From: a virus
Taxonomy: Duplodnaviria; Caudoviricetes
IMG/VR virus record: IMGVR_UViG_3300028591_000094
Span: 104,083 to 168,082 of that record
DNA: 64,000 nucleotides
Strand: one strand, 5' to 3'
This document shows, piece by piece, positions 1-9,670 of this stretch; the first letter of the stretch is position 1; each line of letters starts with the position of its first letter. Below the pieces are notes generated by a model. It was given only the letters and a program-made list of their open reading frames with translations, was not told the DNA's origin and made no database searches. Made by a program: the position numbers and the translations under genes.

Positions 1-87
1 CTTTTCATAGCCGCATTGGAAAAAGTGCTCTGGTGTGAAGGTGTCTATGTATGTTTCGTTCTGGAATCGTATACCTATTGTAGCCAT
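1..87 (-). CDS. Partial hypothetical protein (5' end, runs off the window)
   Basis: ATG at 87, 13 nt after the previous stop; open frame MATIGIRFQNETYIDTFTPEHFFQCGYEK to the edge. Confidence 0.6.
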   Translation of the reverse strand, partial: MATIGIRFQNETYIDTFTPEHFFQCGYEK

Positions 88-100
88 GGCTTAAAATGTG

Positions 101-769
101 TTAGGGCTGGATTAGGTCGTTGTCATGGTCAAGGTCAGCAGCCGCTGGGGTGTCACCACTAATCGGGTCGACTGTCGGGGTGTTATCATCACCGTGATAT
201 GTTGGTGTTGGGGTGTCCTGATTAGAATACTGCCACACTGGGCGTAAAGTTACTGTTATTTCATTTTCACCGTCAGCCCAAAATGTGTCATTCACGTTTA
301 CAGTTGGATACACCGTATCATCTGAACGATACCAGCCCAAGAAGGTGATACCTTCAGATGGAACAATTTGTGGATAGTGAGCCTCAGTAATGTTTGCTCC
401 TTGTTGCAAGTAAAGGGTTGCTTCAACTGACGATGGTGTTTGTCCGTTGAGAAATACAACCTTAGCCAGTGGAGTTATTTCAGGACTAGCTTGATAGTAA
501 ATCCGATACGCAGCCGCTTCAGGTATACGTTCTGGGGTTACACCAGTTAATGTGCGTCTTTTGTATCCATCTATTATATTCCCTTCATTATCATGTGTGT
601 GGTATAACGCATCATTATCAGAAAATTCCAACGGGACTTCTAATTGATACGCCTCTTGCCAGTCATACCTCTGTTGAATGCAACTATCTCCAAGCAACAT
701 GGTGCTTGTACTTTTTAATATTATTCGAAATTCGGTGCTACCCGTTAAATTATCCAACGCTCGTCTCAT
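101..769 (-). CDS. Putative virion protein with an InlB B-repeat-like (Listeria-Bacteroides repeat) domain
   Basis: VVFLNG...P..EGITFLGWY...ITVTLRPVW pattern; in the structural operon. Confidence 0.6.
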   Translation of the reverse strand: MRRALDNLTGSTEFRIILKSTSTMLLGDSCIQQRYDWQEAYQLEVPLEFSDNDALYHTHDNEGNIIDGYKRRTLTGVTPERIPEAAAYRIYYQASPEITPLAKVVFLNGQTPSSVEATLYLQQGANITEAHYPQIVPSEGITFLGWYRSDDTVYPTVNVNDTFWADGENEITVTLRPVWQYSNQDTPTPTYHGDDNTPTVDPISGDTPAAADLDHDNDLIQP

Positions 770-790
770 ATTTATTCTATTTTTTTTTAG

Positions 791-1546
791 TTATTCAACA
801 ATTTCAAGTATAATATTTTCAACCTCAGGACTGTAGTCAACATCCAGTGTCCATAATGGTGTGTTTTCTTCCACTGTTAATTCTGTAATATTTTCGTCCC
901 CGTCCACAATCACGGAGTATGTCGGGTCGGGTACTATCGGTGTGAAGAAAGCTGTCAAACTCATGTTACCCGTCACAATAATTTCATGTTCCTGAGCCCC
1001 AAAATCACTCCAATAGGCAAACTTATATCCTTCATTCGGAATGGCGTTCACTATGACGGTTGTGCCATATTCGACGGTTGCTGTTGCTTCATCACCATCT
1101 ATTTGGGTTACACCGCTCTCAACGGGACTGACAACGGTAGCGACGGTGTATTCCTTGGGTTCCCATACAGCTGTCAGTGTAATATTCTCAGTTGGTGTGT
1201 AAGGAAACTCCACCAACTCATACTCTTCACTCTCTTCCTCCAACGGCAACGCCCAGCCAATGAAATCATATCCGTCCTGAATGGTTATCGGCGCGGACTC
1301 TACATATGTACCCCTTGCCACTAATCTGTCGCCTACGTCAGTACCGCCGTTACTATCAAAACTCACGACTATATAAGTGCTGGCACCACCGTCACAGGCG
1401 CATAAATTGTCCCTGATATATTCAGCATAATTTTCAAAACACTCACCATCACATATCAAAGTAGCCCCGTACGCCTCATTGATTGCTGTCGCTATATCTT
1501 TTTTTATATCACTAATTTGATTTATTAAATCAATTACTGTTGCCAT
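791..1546 (-). CDS. Putative virion protein with two InlB B-repeat-type domains
   Basis: VSFDSNGGT...DGYDFIGW...NITLTAVWEP and YGTTVIVNAIPNEGYKFAYWSD...GNMSLTAFF. Confidence 0.75.
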   Translation of the reverse strand: MATVIDLINQISDIKKDIATAINEAYGATLICDGECFENYAEYIRDNLCACDGGASTYIVVSFDSNGGTDVGDRLVARGTYVESAPITIQDGYDFIGWALPLEEESEEYELVEFPYTPTENITLTAVWEPKEYTVATVVSPVESGVTQIDGDEATATVEYGTTVIVNAIPNEGYKFAYWSDFGAQEHEIIVTGNMSLTAFFTPIVPDPTYSVIVDGDENITELTVEENTPLWTLDVDYSPEVENIILEIVE

Positions 1547-1549
1547 AGT

Positions 1550-2332
1550 TTATGTATTTACGTTTTCGCTATTATTATTGCAATCTAATATCCCATGTAG
1601 TCCTGATTCAACCTCCTCACAGTTAAAATCAGAAACGAATTGGAAGGGTTGCGGTTGACACTCAAGAACACTCTCTAATGCAAGGTATATCAAATATTCA
1701 TCGCACACTTCACAGCCACCATACGTCCTACATTTGGTCTTCACAGCACTAGTTAAAGTGCGGTCATATTGAAAAAAATCTCCCCTTATTACATCGGCGT
1801 TTGAACTACATGTATTTGCTTGGTATTTATTCTTACAATAATACACTTCATTATAATATATAACAATTTCACCTTGTTTATAGCTGGTTCTATAATCCAA
1901 CGGTGTTATAATATCACATATGTCACAACACGTTGTCATTTTACGAAAATGCTCTCTATCGTCCTGTGGTCTTTGTGATTGAGCCATATAATTTTCAAGG
2001 CATTCCCAAAAAGTCACAATATACTCTATATCAACTCTTTCGGCGTAAACAACAGTATCCCCCCTGAAGTAGTCTAAACCCTGATGATAAAATTTGATTT
2101 TATGACAATCGTCTTGGCACTTACAAGTAATAACAGGATAAACGGATAGTCCACATTCCTCAATCACCATCGTTCTCGGATTGTCGGTATTACCATCAAG
2201 CCATTTGTCAAAAACATATTGGTCTTGAAATTCTCTACTAAGTGTAAAGTGCACAACGACAGTATCCCCAACACCAAAAGTGCCTGTCAAAGACTCTATT
2301 GTAACAATACCGTATGTTGTTCTAAATTCCAT
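1550..2332 (-). CDS. Cys-rich structural protein with a divergent InlB B-repeat and a CBM5/12-like module
   Basis: YVFDKWLDGNTDNPRTMVI; YKQGEIVIYYNEVYYC. Confidence 0.55.
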   Translation of the reverse strand: MEFRTTYGIVTIESLTGTFGVGDTVVVHFTLSREFQDQYVFDKWLDGNTDNPRTMVIEECGLSVYPVITCKCQDDCHKIKFYHQGLDYFRGDTVVYAERVDIEYIVTFWECLENYMAQSQRPQDDREHFRKMTTCCDICDIITPLDYRTSYKQGEIVIYYNEVYYCKNKYQANTCSSNADVIRGDFFQYDRTLTSAVKTKCRTYGGCEVCDEYLIYLALESVLECQPQPFQFVSDFNCEEVESGLHGILDCNNNSENVNT

Positions 2333-2340
2333 GATTCTAA

Positions 2341-5217
2341 TTATTTCTGTTCAAAATCCTTTAATATAAATATTGTCGTGCTCGGTATCACCTGGGTAAG
2401 GTACTGCAGGATTATGCCATAGAAATATGTGTTGAACATCGCCTGTGTCGATACACACATTTTCATCTTATTGCGAAGAATCAACACCTTGCTCGGAAGG
2501 TAATATTTCTCACTCTCTGGTTCCTCATCTTCACTAATTCTATTTACAATTTTTTCATCGTAGGTTTCCGTTACATCGAATCTGAATCCGCTCACGGTAT
2601 AACAATCGTCAAGGTTGGAATAACCGTAGTGCTCGGCGGCATATTTGAACGGCTCGTTGATATATTCGTAATACTGGTTGCCTAAATCATACGCCATATA
2701 TCCAACGTGTGGGTTGTTTCCAAGATTGTTTAATACAATACTATCCATGTATTGGCACAGAAGGTAGTCATCATAAGTGCATCCGATTGTCAACTCACTG
2801 CTGTTGCATAAATCATTGTAGTCTGAAACACTTACACCCCCCAGTTTCAACGGAACGTTCTTCCAGCTGGCGAATAGTTGGGGGTTGTTGGTGTTTATGA
2901 GCTTGAAGAAGTGCGATGTTGTAGTCGGTACAGTCTCAATAAACTCGGTCAGGTCTGACAAATCCATGACATAATATATTGTCTTTTCCCCAACGGTGTA
3001 GGCGTTGATTGCTGTGAGTGCTGTCACGTTCTGGACAACCTCCATGTACGGAATAGTCTCCCTATAATTGTATTTCTCGCCAATAGCGTCACTTACATCG
3101 TACTGGCGTATGGAAACCGATTTACCCCAACCGCCCTTTGTTTCAAACTGGACGTCACCGTCATATATTTTATCCTGTGTGAAAAACGGTACAATGTAAT
3201 AGTCGTTGTCTATATAAAGCGTCTTGAGGGGCAGACCAGAAAATTCATCGTCATCATAGTTTATCACTATGTTCTTAGAAGCGTTGTAGTTCTGGCAAAA
3301 TTCACCATAAGTGAGATAGGTAATCAAGTCATATGTGTTCACACCTATCTTAATGAACGGCGTACTGTTTTCATCAAAAGTATAGTTTTCGTGCGCCAGA
3401 TATTCCTCGATGGTGTCATATTCATCCGACAAATCAACATAGCCATCGTCTGGGCTTGGGTTATAGTTCGGTGCATAATGGTAATAAATGTCGTCGCGGC
3501 GTTTCGGAACAACTGAATAATATCTTTCTTCAATCTCAAACTCATCAACACCAAAACCAAACAGCGCAAGCACTTGTTCAACCGCCTGTTTGGTACCCTT
3601 TGTTCTAAAAATATCACCTGAATTTAAGACAAGCTTTCTCATGAAGTTGTTGTCCACACTATTCTGAGTCACCTGCTCGGGGTTAGTCGTATCAAACCAC
3701 GTCTGATGTTCGGGAAGTGGTGTTTCTTCGGTGACACCGTCTATAATCCACCTGTTATCCAGTTTAGATAGGTTGTCCACAAACGCAGTTGATAGCGCTA
3801 TGTTGTCATCGTTGTTCAGTTTAGTTGAGCAAACCTCCCAGCCGCGCAGTTCCGCTTTGTCGGATAATTCAGCACTCCCAATATTGTTAATACCACCATA
3901 TGTAATGACATTCTTCAAGGAAATTGCGTCTATGTAGCGCTTTACATCGTCGAAACTTCTACCCCATATACGCAAAACGTGTTGCATTCTGGTGCCGCCA
4001 AGAATATTTTCCTGTTCGTCCCCCTCCACATATTCTCTTGTGTATGTCCAGTCAAACGTTTTAACGGCCTCGTGAGTCATGTTTCGCCAGATATTGTCAC
4101 ACCATAGTGAATCCTGCAGACTACCAAGATTGTATAAATCGTTAACATAGTTTTCAAATCCAACAGTGTCGATTAATACACAATAACCGTCACTCGGCCA
4201 TACATAAGCTCGTTCGGCATAGTAGTAGCCTGGACTGTTGTTTGGCATTTGGATGGGGGTTACTAGTCTGGCATTGTATTGAGGCATGGTTCTTCTGTTT
4301 AACAAAACTACCTCAAAACCATCCAAACTGTTGAAGTAGTTTTCTATCAGTTCATTGTTGGGTTGTAACGTTAGCCCTTCAATGTCGGTACACCACAGCA
4401 CACCTTCTTCCATCTTGAGTCCGTAGATGTGCCCAGTAACCGTTGTTGGTTCTAGTGGAGGCGTATCACCCACAGTGATACAGGTATCAGCCTCATAAGT
4501 AAACGTAATGTCATAAATTACAGTATATGATGGGTCGCATTCGTCGTAAGGTTTAATCCACACATCCCAGCTGGTTATTGGATTGCCTTTGATGAGATAA
4601 CTACCCCATGACATTGGCAGGTTTCGCAACTGGTTGTCGTATTCGCCAAAAGTAACATTCTGTCTGTAAAAATCCAGGCTGAATGGATTTCGCATTGCAA
4701 ATATACTGACGTTGTCAGGCACCTGGGTATATGTTGCAGCGTAACTGTGGTGACCGTCGGTGATAATTCTGTCGAGGTACATGTATGCACCCTCGTTTTC
4801 GATATAACGTGAAACTCCAGACGTTGTCGCCCACGCTCTCCCTGGAAACCATTTGATTATATTTTCAATGGAGGCTCTGATTAATTCCAGCGCCGACCCG
4901 TAGTAAGCGTAGTCCCTCACATCATTGCTTGGGCTCAGATTTGAAATATTGTTAACTTCATCGTTCACCGTCGGGGATAAATCCTCGATAGTATAAGCGT
5001 CGCTCCACGGCGGAGTGTTATTACGTTTTTTGGTTCCTGGTAGGTTGTTGTCCGTAAACAGGAAATTCGAGTCGGCGTATATCTTGCGCTTACCCGACTC
5101 GATTACATGTCGCTCACCCAGCGTACCCCAATCCCTCTCGAAAATAACTCCTTCGTTAGTGTCCTGGTGTAGCTTACGGTGAAGATAGTTGCTATATGTT
5201 TTACTGTATTTTCCCAT
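2341..5217 (-). CDS. Baseplate wedge-like structural protein (gp7/P2 gpI-like motif)
   Basis: 958 aa; IFRTKGTKQAVEQVLALFGF resembles the KGT motif of gpI/gp7-type wedge proteins. Confidence 0.55.
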   Translation of the reverse strand: MGKYSKTYSNYLHRKLHQDTNEGVIFERDWGTLGERHVIESGKRKIYADSNFLFTDNNLPGTKKRNNTPPWSDAYTIEDLSPTVNDEVNNISNLSPSNDVRDYAYYGSALELIRASIENIIKWFPGRAWATTSGVSRYIENEGAYMYLDRIITDGHHSYAATYTQVPDNVSIFAMRNPFSLDFYRQNVTFGEYDNQLRNLPMSWGSYLIKGNPITSWDVWIKPYDECDPSYTVIYDITFTYEADTCITVGDTPPLEPTTVTGHIYGLKMEEGVLWCTDIEGLTLQPNNELIENYFNSLDGFEVVLLNRRTMPQYNARLVTPIQMPNNSPGYYYAERAYVWPSDGYCVLIDTVGFENYVNDLYNLGSLQDSLWCDNIWRNMTHEAVKTFDWTYTREYVEGDEQENILGGTRMQHVLRIWGRSFDDVKRYIDAISLKNVITYGGINNIGSAELSDKAELRGWEVCSTKLNNDDNIALSTAFVDNLSKLDNRWIIDGVTEETPLPEHQTWFDTTNPEQVTQNSVDNNFMRKLVLNSGDIFRTKGTKQAVEQVLALFGFGVDEFEIEERYYSVVPKRRDDIYYHYAPNYNPSPDDGYVDLSDEYDTIEEYLAHENYTFDENSTPFIKIGVNTYDLITYLTYGEFCQNYNASKNIVINYDDDEFSGLPLKTLYIDNDYYIVPFFTQDKIYDGDVQFETKGGWGKSVSIRQYDVSDAIGEKYNYRETIPYMEVVQNVTALTAINAYTVGEKTIYYVMDLSDLTEFIETVPTTTSHFFKLINTNNPQLFASWKNVPLKLGGVSVSDYNDLCNSSELTIGCTYDDYLLCQYMDSIVLNNLGNNPHVGYMAYDLGNQYYEYINEPFKYAAEHYGYSNLDDCYTVSGFRFDVTETYDEKIVNRISEDEEPESEKYYLPSKVLILRNKMKMCVSTQAMFNTYFYGIILQYLTQVIPSTTIFILKDFEQK

Positions 5218-6140
5218 TACGAATTTTTAATTTCATCCAAATCAAGACTTCTGTCAATGTTATTCGACTTATCAAGTTTAGCTTCCGCAATATTCTTTCT
5301 ATGATAGTTGTCCTTCACGGTCGAGTATTCCATCTGTTTGTAGATTTCTCCGTCGAAGTTGTATGTGGTAACCCTACCGTTCTCAAGGTTACGTATTTGT
5401 TCACCCTCAAGCATGTAACTGACTGTTTCAATGTCATGTGCTGTTATCTCCACCTCAACACAAACTGGGTCGAACTTCGTGTTCTTGATTATAATCGTCT
5501 GGTTTGGTGTACCTATGTACGGTCTTGCGTTACTCTTGAATGACGGGGCGGTTGACGGTGTCAGTGTTATAAACGACAACGAACCGCTTGAATTGTACCT
5601 ATAACCGTTGGAGTTGGTGTTGCCAGATGTTAAGTTCTGGGAAACGGGCTCACAGAAGCCGTTGCTGGTTACAATTCTGAAATATTCCTGTCTCATATTT
5701 CCGCCAGCGTCAGCATTATAATCCATGTACTCAATACGATAACCAGTTAAATTATCATCACCGAAGAGTGTGCGGTATTCAGGTATGTCGTTCATGTCAA
5801 CCACAATGCCTCTTATGTCGGGATATGCAGCCAACGCACCCACATCTTTGATGGTGCAGGTAATTTCTTTCGGCACAATGTAGATTGTATAGATACCCAC
5901 GTTTCCGAAAATTGTTGCAGGAAGTTTGAGGGTGTACATACCAGGCAATCTCATATCCCCATCCTCGTGCGGGTCAAGGGTTGCGGGACTAAGAATTGAT
6001 GACGGGTCGCTTATTGGGCGAAATCCAGGATAAGCTGAGCTGTAGCTGCTTCTTGTCGGCCTGTAGTAGTAATATATGTCAACATCCGTAGCTGGATTGA
6101 AGATTGCTTGTTTGACTGTTCCGTATGTATTGTTTGCCAT
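5217..6140 (-). CDS. Hypothetical structural protein
   Basis: 307-aa ORF with a TATTTAT motif upstream; its stop overlaps the next start. Confidence 0.6.
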   Translation of the reverse strand: MANNTYGTVKQAIFNPATDVDIYYYYRPTRSSYSSAYPGFRPISDPSSILSPATLDPHEDGDMRLPGMYTLKLPATIFGNVGIYTIYIVPKEITCTIKDVGALAAYPDIRGIVVDMNDIPEYRTLFGDDNLTGYRIEYMDYNADAGGNMRQEYFRIVTSNGFCEPVSQNLTSGNTNSNGYRYNSSGSLSFITLTPSTAPSFKSNARPYIGTPNQTIIIKNTKFDPVCVEVEITAHDIETVSYMLEGEQIRNLENGRVTTYNFDGEIYKQMEYSTVKDNYHRKNIAEAKLDKSNNIDRSLDLDEIKNS

Positions 6141-6201
6141 GTAATTATAATTCTTTTATAATAAATATAACAAACCGAAAAATCAAAAGCAATTTTCACT
6201 A

Positions 6202-7953
6202 TTATGATTGGGATTGAATGTTAAAATATCCGTTATTTGAATAATTCTCCAAATCCGAAAATGTTTTCACTTCACCGAGTTTCATATGTCTTTCCCAGGC
6301 AGCGGCATTACCCCTGCCAACAAAAATATCAGCCTTGACGAAAGGAGGATAACTGATGCCTGTCAAATAATCCACCTTTGTTATTGGCGCCACCAACGCA
6401 TCACTGGTATTTATTCCTGTTGTGTTGTATGCACTAATATTTGCTTGATAATTGGCAGGTAAGCCGTTAACTAGCGCTGTTGTTGTCACCATTGTTGAAG
6501 ATGTGTCAAAAGCACCTTTCATAAACAAGTGGTCTGCATCAGGAGTGTGGCGATTGATGAAATCCTCGAAATAACCGTCGGAAATCAACTGTGCAATATC
6601 ACCGTCCTCTGGATAATAGAAAGTTTCGGTGTATTCGATACCATGAAAATCCTCATCATTGTATCGGTACTCATCGTAGCAATATCTGGTGTTGTTGTCG
6701 TCGTCGGTTGTTATCTGTACGAGTTTTGCCTTCAAATTGGCACCGATTATATAATGAAAAGTAACAGTGTGTTCGTTTTCATCATATTCTATATTGTTTA
6801 TGATATCACCATAAGCCATTAAATGGGTCTCATACTCACCTAAAGCCTGACTGCGCTGATAACCCTCCTGCATGACAATATTCCCTAGTGCATCGGTTGT
6901 TGTCTCATAATGACCCAGGTTTCCTATTTTGTAATACCATAACCAATCCTCACCAGTTGGAGGAATTTCGATATCGCCAGCCGTATTGAGATATGTCGCT
7001 TGCTTTCTGAATCCAGTCAACTTGCTGTCTGATGTTCCTTCAATCTCAAATGTTTCATCAACATCTTCAAAAGTTTCTGTTAATAATTCAAAATGGTCGT
7101 CATCAAACTCGTATTCCTCATATACTACGTTCCATTTACCAATGGTACCAACATCAACCAACTCCCCGTCCTGATATTCATATACACCCGTACAAACGTA
7201 GGTTCTGTTATTGTATGTAACCATGTCGCCATGGAAATATCTGTATTCAGGCTCCCAGAAATTAACGTAAGTTGACAGATATCCTAAGTCGTTTTCAGTT
7301 GAAACTACGCAGAAGTTCATGCCAATCGATAAAGCGTCAGGTTCGGCGAGTGTCAGCAAATAAGCCGACCGTTCCGCGGCCTCGGCGCACTTGCTCTGGT
7401 AATAGTCGCGCATGGTGTCGCCACCCATTCTCTCGTACTTGGTTACCAGACATTCCAACTCACAGTTGATGTCACCCGTAGCCTCCTTAAACTCCAAGTA
7501 TTGGGCTACCATAATACTAATTTGCTGGTATTCATTATATAATCGAGCCACTTCCGCTAGATAATTGTATTGAGGCACCAAATCACAGGTTTCCCAATCA
7601 ATATCCGCATCAATATAAAACTTTCCAATACAATATTCCATAAACGGAATGAAGGTGTCGTCATTGGCAGTGTGCCCGTCATACCTCTTGTAATACTCCA
7701 TCATGGTTCTGTATGTACAAACATCGCTACCTTCCAACGGAGTTGACAATAATCCTGTATCATCATACACAACCAGATTGACATCCTCAGGCAAACGTAT
7801 TGCCGACACAATGTGACCATAACATCCAACGCTCGAATCCGCCGCGCTGTGTACGTGGCAAATATCATTATCGTCAAACTCCAGGTAAGGAAACAGTCCT
7901 GGTGTCCTAGATTTCAGTTCTTCTTGTCCTATGTTAACCTTGATTGTATTCAT
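6202..7953 (-). CDS. Hypothetical structural protein with a CBM5/12-like module
   Basis: 583 aa, acidic; FWEPEYRYFHGDMVTYNNRTYVC. Confidence 0.6.
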   Translation of the reverse strand: MNTIKVNIGQEELKSRTPGLFPYLEFDDNDICHVHSAADSSVGCYGHIVSAIRLPEDVNLVVYDDTGLLSTPLEGSDVCTYRTMMEYYKRYDGHTANDDTFIPFMEYCIGKFYIDADIDWETCDLVPQYNYLAEVARLYNEYQQISIMVAQYLEFKEATGDINCELECLVTKYERMGGDTMRDYYQSKCAEAAERSAYLLTLAEPDALSIGMNFCVVSTENDLGYLSTYVNFWEPEYRYFHGDMVTYNNRTYVCTGVYEYQDGELVDVGTIGKWNVVYEEYEFDDDHFELLTETFEDVDETFEIEGTSDSKLTGFRKQATYLNTAGDIEIPPTGEDWLWYYKIGNLGHYETTTDALGNIVMQEGYQRSQALGEYETHLMAYGDIINNIEYDENEHTVTFHYIIGANLKAKLVQITTDDDNNTRYCYDEYRYNDEDFHGIEYTETFYYPEDGDIAQLISDGYFEDFINRHTPDADHLFMKGAFDTSSTMVTTTALVNGLPANYQANISAYNTTGINTSDALVAPITKVDYLTGISYPPFVKADIFVGRGNAAAWERHMKLGEVKTFSDLENYSNNGYFNIQSQS

Positions 7954-7954
7954 C

Positions 7955-9670
7955 TTAGAATGCTACTCTTGCTTCGTATAAGTTTATGTTCAATATATTA
8001 TTACCCCTTAAATTATATCGTTCTGGGTCTGGATAATATATGTGGCGATTATTGACTTTATCGTATTTGTAAAGAAATTTAATGTATGAATACCGCAAAT
8101 ACTGCTGGATTCCGTAGCCACCGTTTGCCCAGTCGTGAATGATTTCCGTATTTGTCTTAAATCCTTGATGCCCGTCAATGTTTATGTCGTTGTACGGCGC
8201 CATGAAAGGTATTGTTCGACCGCATCCAGCGTGGTTCAAGTCAACTTTCATGTATATTGCCTCAGGCATTATACCGTTGTCATTGTCAGCCCATAGGTAT
8301 AAATAAAATCCTTCACTTGAATTATTTGAAGCAAATTTGTTTTGTACAGCAAACTGGGCGCTGAGACGATGGTTTTCAATAACCTCATCGCTGAGTTGTT
8401 CTGGTGTTAAACCCAATGCGTCCCTCAAATTAACGGTATTTACCTCTCTGTCAACACCAATACCCCTGGCAGGCGTCCAGTCATCATAATAGTAGGCATC
8501 AAGGAGACTGTTGCCCAATGTTTTGGAATAGAGCTTGCCCGTATCAAAGAACACTGTTGAATAAGCTAACAAGTTTTGGGAGCCAGGATTCATGGAATCA
8601 TAATAAGTAAGACGGAGAAATGTCTTTTTTAACTTGTTTTTCTGATATTTGACATCGCTTGTTGTAAAATTCAGATATGACAATAAATCCGCTTGATTAT
8701 CCTGGTCTGAATATGAATAGTATTTGGGTTCGTGGGTTCCGTGTCTTGAAAAATTCCAATCGTCTTCATTTTCCACTGTCCAGTCGGCGCCGCTGTGGGC
8801 TCTAAGGTGCAGGTTGAAATTAATCTGCAACACATCGTGCATTTCATTACCATCCAAGATAATTGGCGAATAGACTCGTTTTTCCATGTCGGTTGGGCTG
8901 TTGATTGCATTTTCAGTCTCGTTCTCTATGAAATATTCCCTTATATTTTCCTCACTGTACAATCTAATGTCACCGTCTGTCTGTATTGGTATGTTCACAC
9001 TCACCTTGTATCGGTTTACGTAGACATCCAGCCCATTCATAGTTGATAGGTAATAATCCCACTTTACCTGGGGTCTCGTGAACTGTATTCTTTGCGGGAG
9101 CCCGTCTATATTGCCGCCCTCGGCAGGAGTCCAGTCTGGAAACAGAATCTGTTGACAAGCCTCAATGTTAGGCGTTGTCGGGTCGTAGACCCATTTTAAG
9201 GTTTCACAGTCAATGACTTCAGCATTACTGATAAACACATATTCGCTGTTGTTATACACTAAGTACAATGTGGCACTGTCGCCAACTCTGTAATGATGCG
9301 TGGGGGTGAAGTCGAAATACCAATATATCTGATTGTTTTCCTCCTTTATATAAACATTACTGCAGTCCAGTGTCTTATATTTAGACGCGATTACACTGAA
9401 AGTATTGTTAAATTCGTCAGCTGTTGCAACCTGAAGATAAGCAACGTCGCCCTCCTCCTGAGTCTCGTTTATAATATCGTTCCAATAAGGTACCGTGGAG
9501 ACGATTTTTAAATAATCCCCCACTTTGAGATTGTGCGGCTCATCACAAGTGAACATGACACTAATTGAATTACCGTCAGTATAACCATAGTTCTCCAATT
9601 CAATGTCACTGAACGGGATTTGTTCGGTGTCACCGCTAAACTCATTTTTCGATATTTGGAACTTTAACAT
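7955..9670 (-). CDS. Hypothetical structural protein with HxLxxGD beta-barrel repeats
   Basis: 571 aa; EPHNLKVGDYLKI and PTHHYRVGDSATL. Confidence 0.6.
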   Translation of the reverse strand: MLKFQISKNEFSGDTEQIPFSDIELENYGYTDGNSISVMFTCDEPHNLKVGDYLKIVSTVPYWNDIINETQEEGDVAYLQVATADEFNNTFSVIASKYKTLDCSNVYIKEENNQIYWYFDFTPTHHYRVGDSATLYLVYNNSEYVFISNAEVIDCETLKWVYDPTTPNIEACQQILFPDWTPAEGGNIDGLPQRIQFTRPQVKWDYYLSTMNGLDVYVNRYKVSVNIPIQTDGDIRLYSEENIREYFIENETENAINSPTDMEKRVYSPIILDGNEMHDVLQINFNLHLRAHSGADWTVENEDDWNFSRHGTHEPKYYSYSDQDNQADLLSYLNFTTSDVKYQKNKLKKTFLRLTYYDSMNPGSQNLLAYSTVFFDTGKLYSKTLGNSLLDAYYYDDWTPARGIGVDREVNTVNLRDALGLTPEQLSDEVIENHRLSAQFAVQNKFASNNSSEGFYLYLWADNDNGIMPEAIYMKVDLNHAGCGRTIPFMAPYNDINIDGHQGFKTNTEIIHDWANGGYGIQQYLRYSYIKFLYKYDKVNNRHIYYPDPERYNLRGNNILNINLYEARVAF

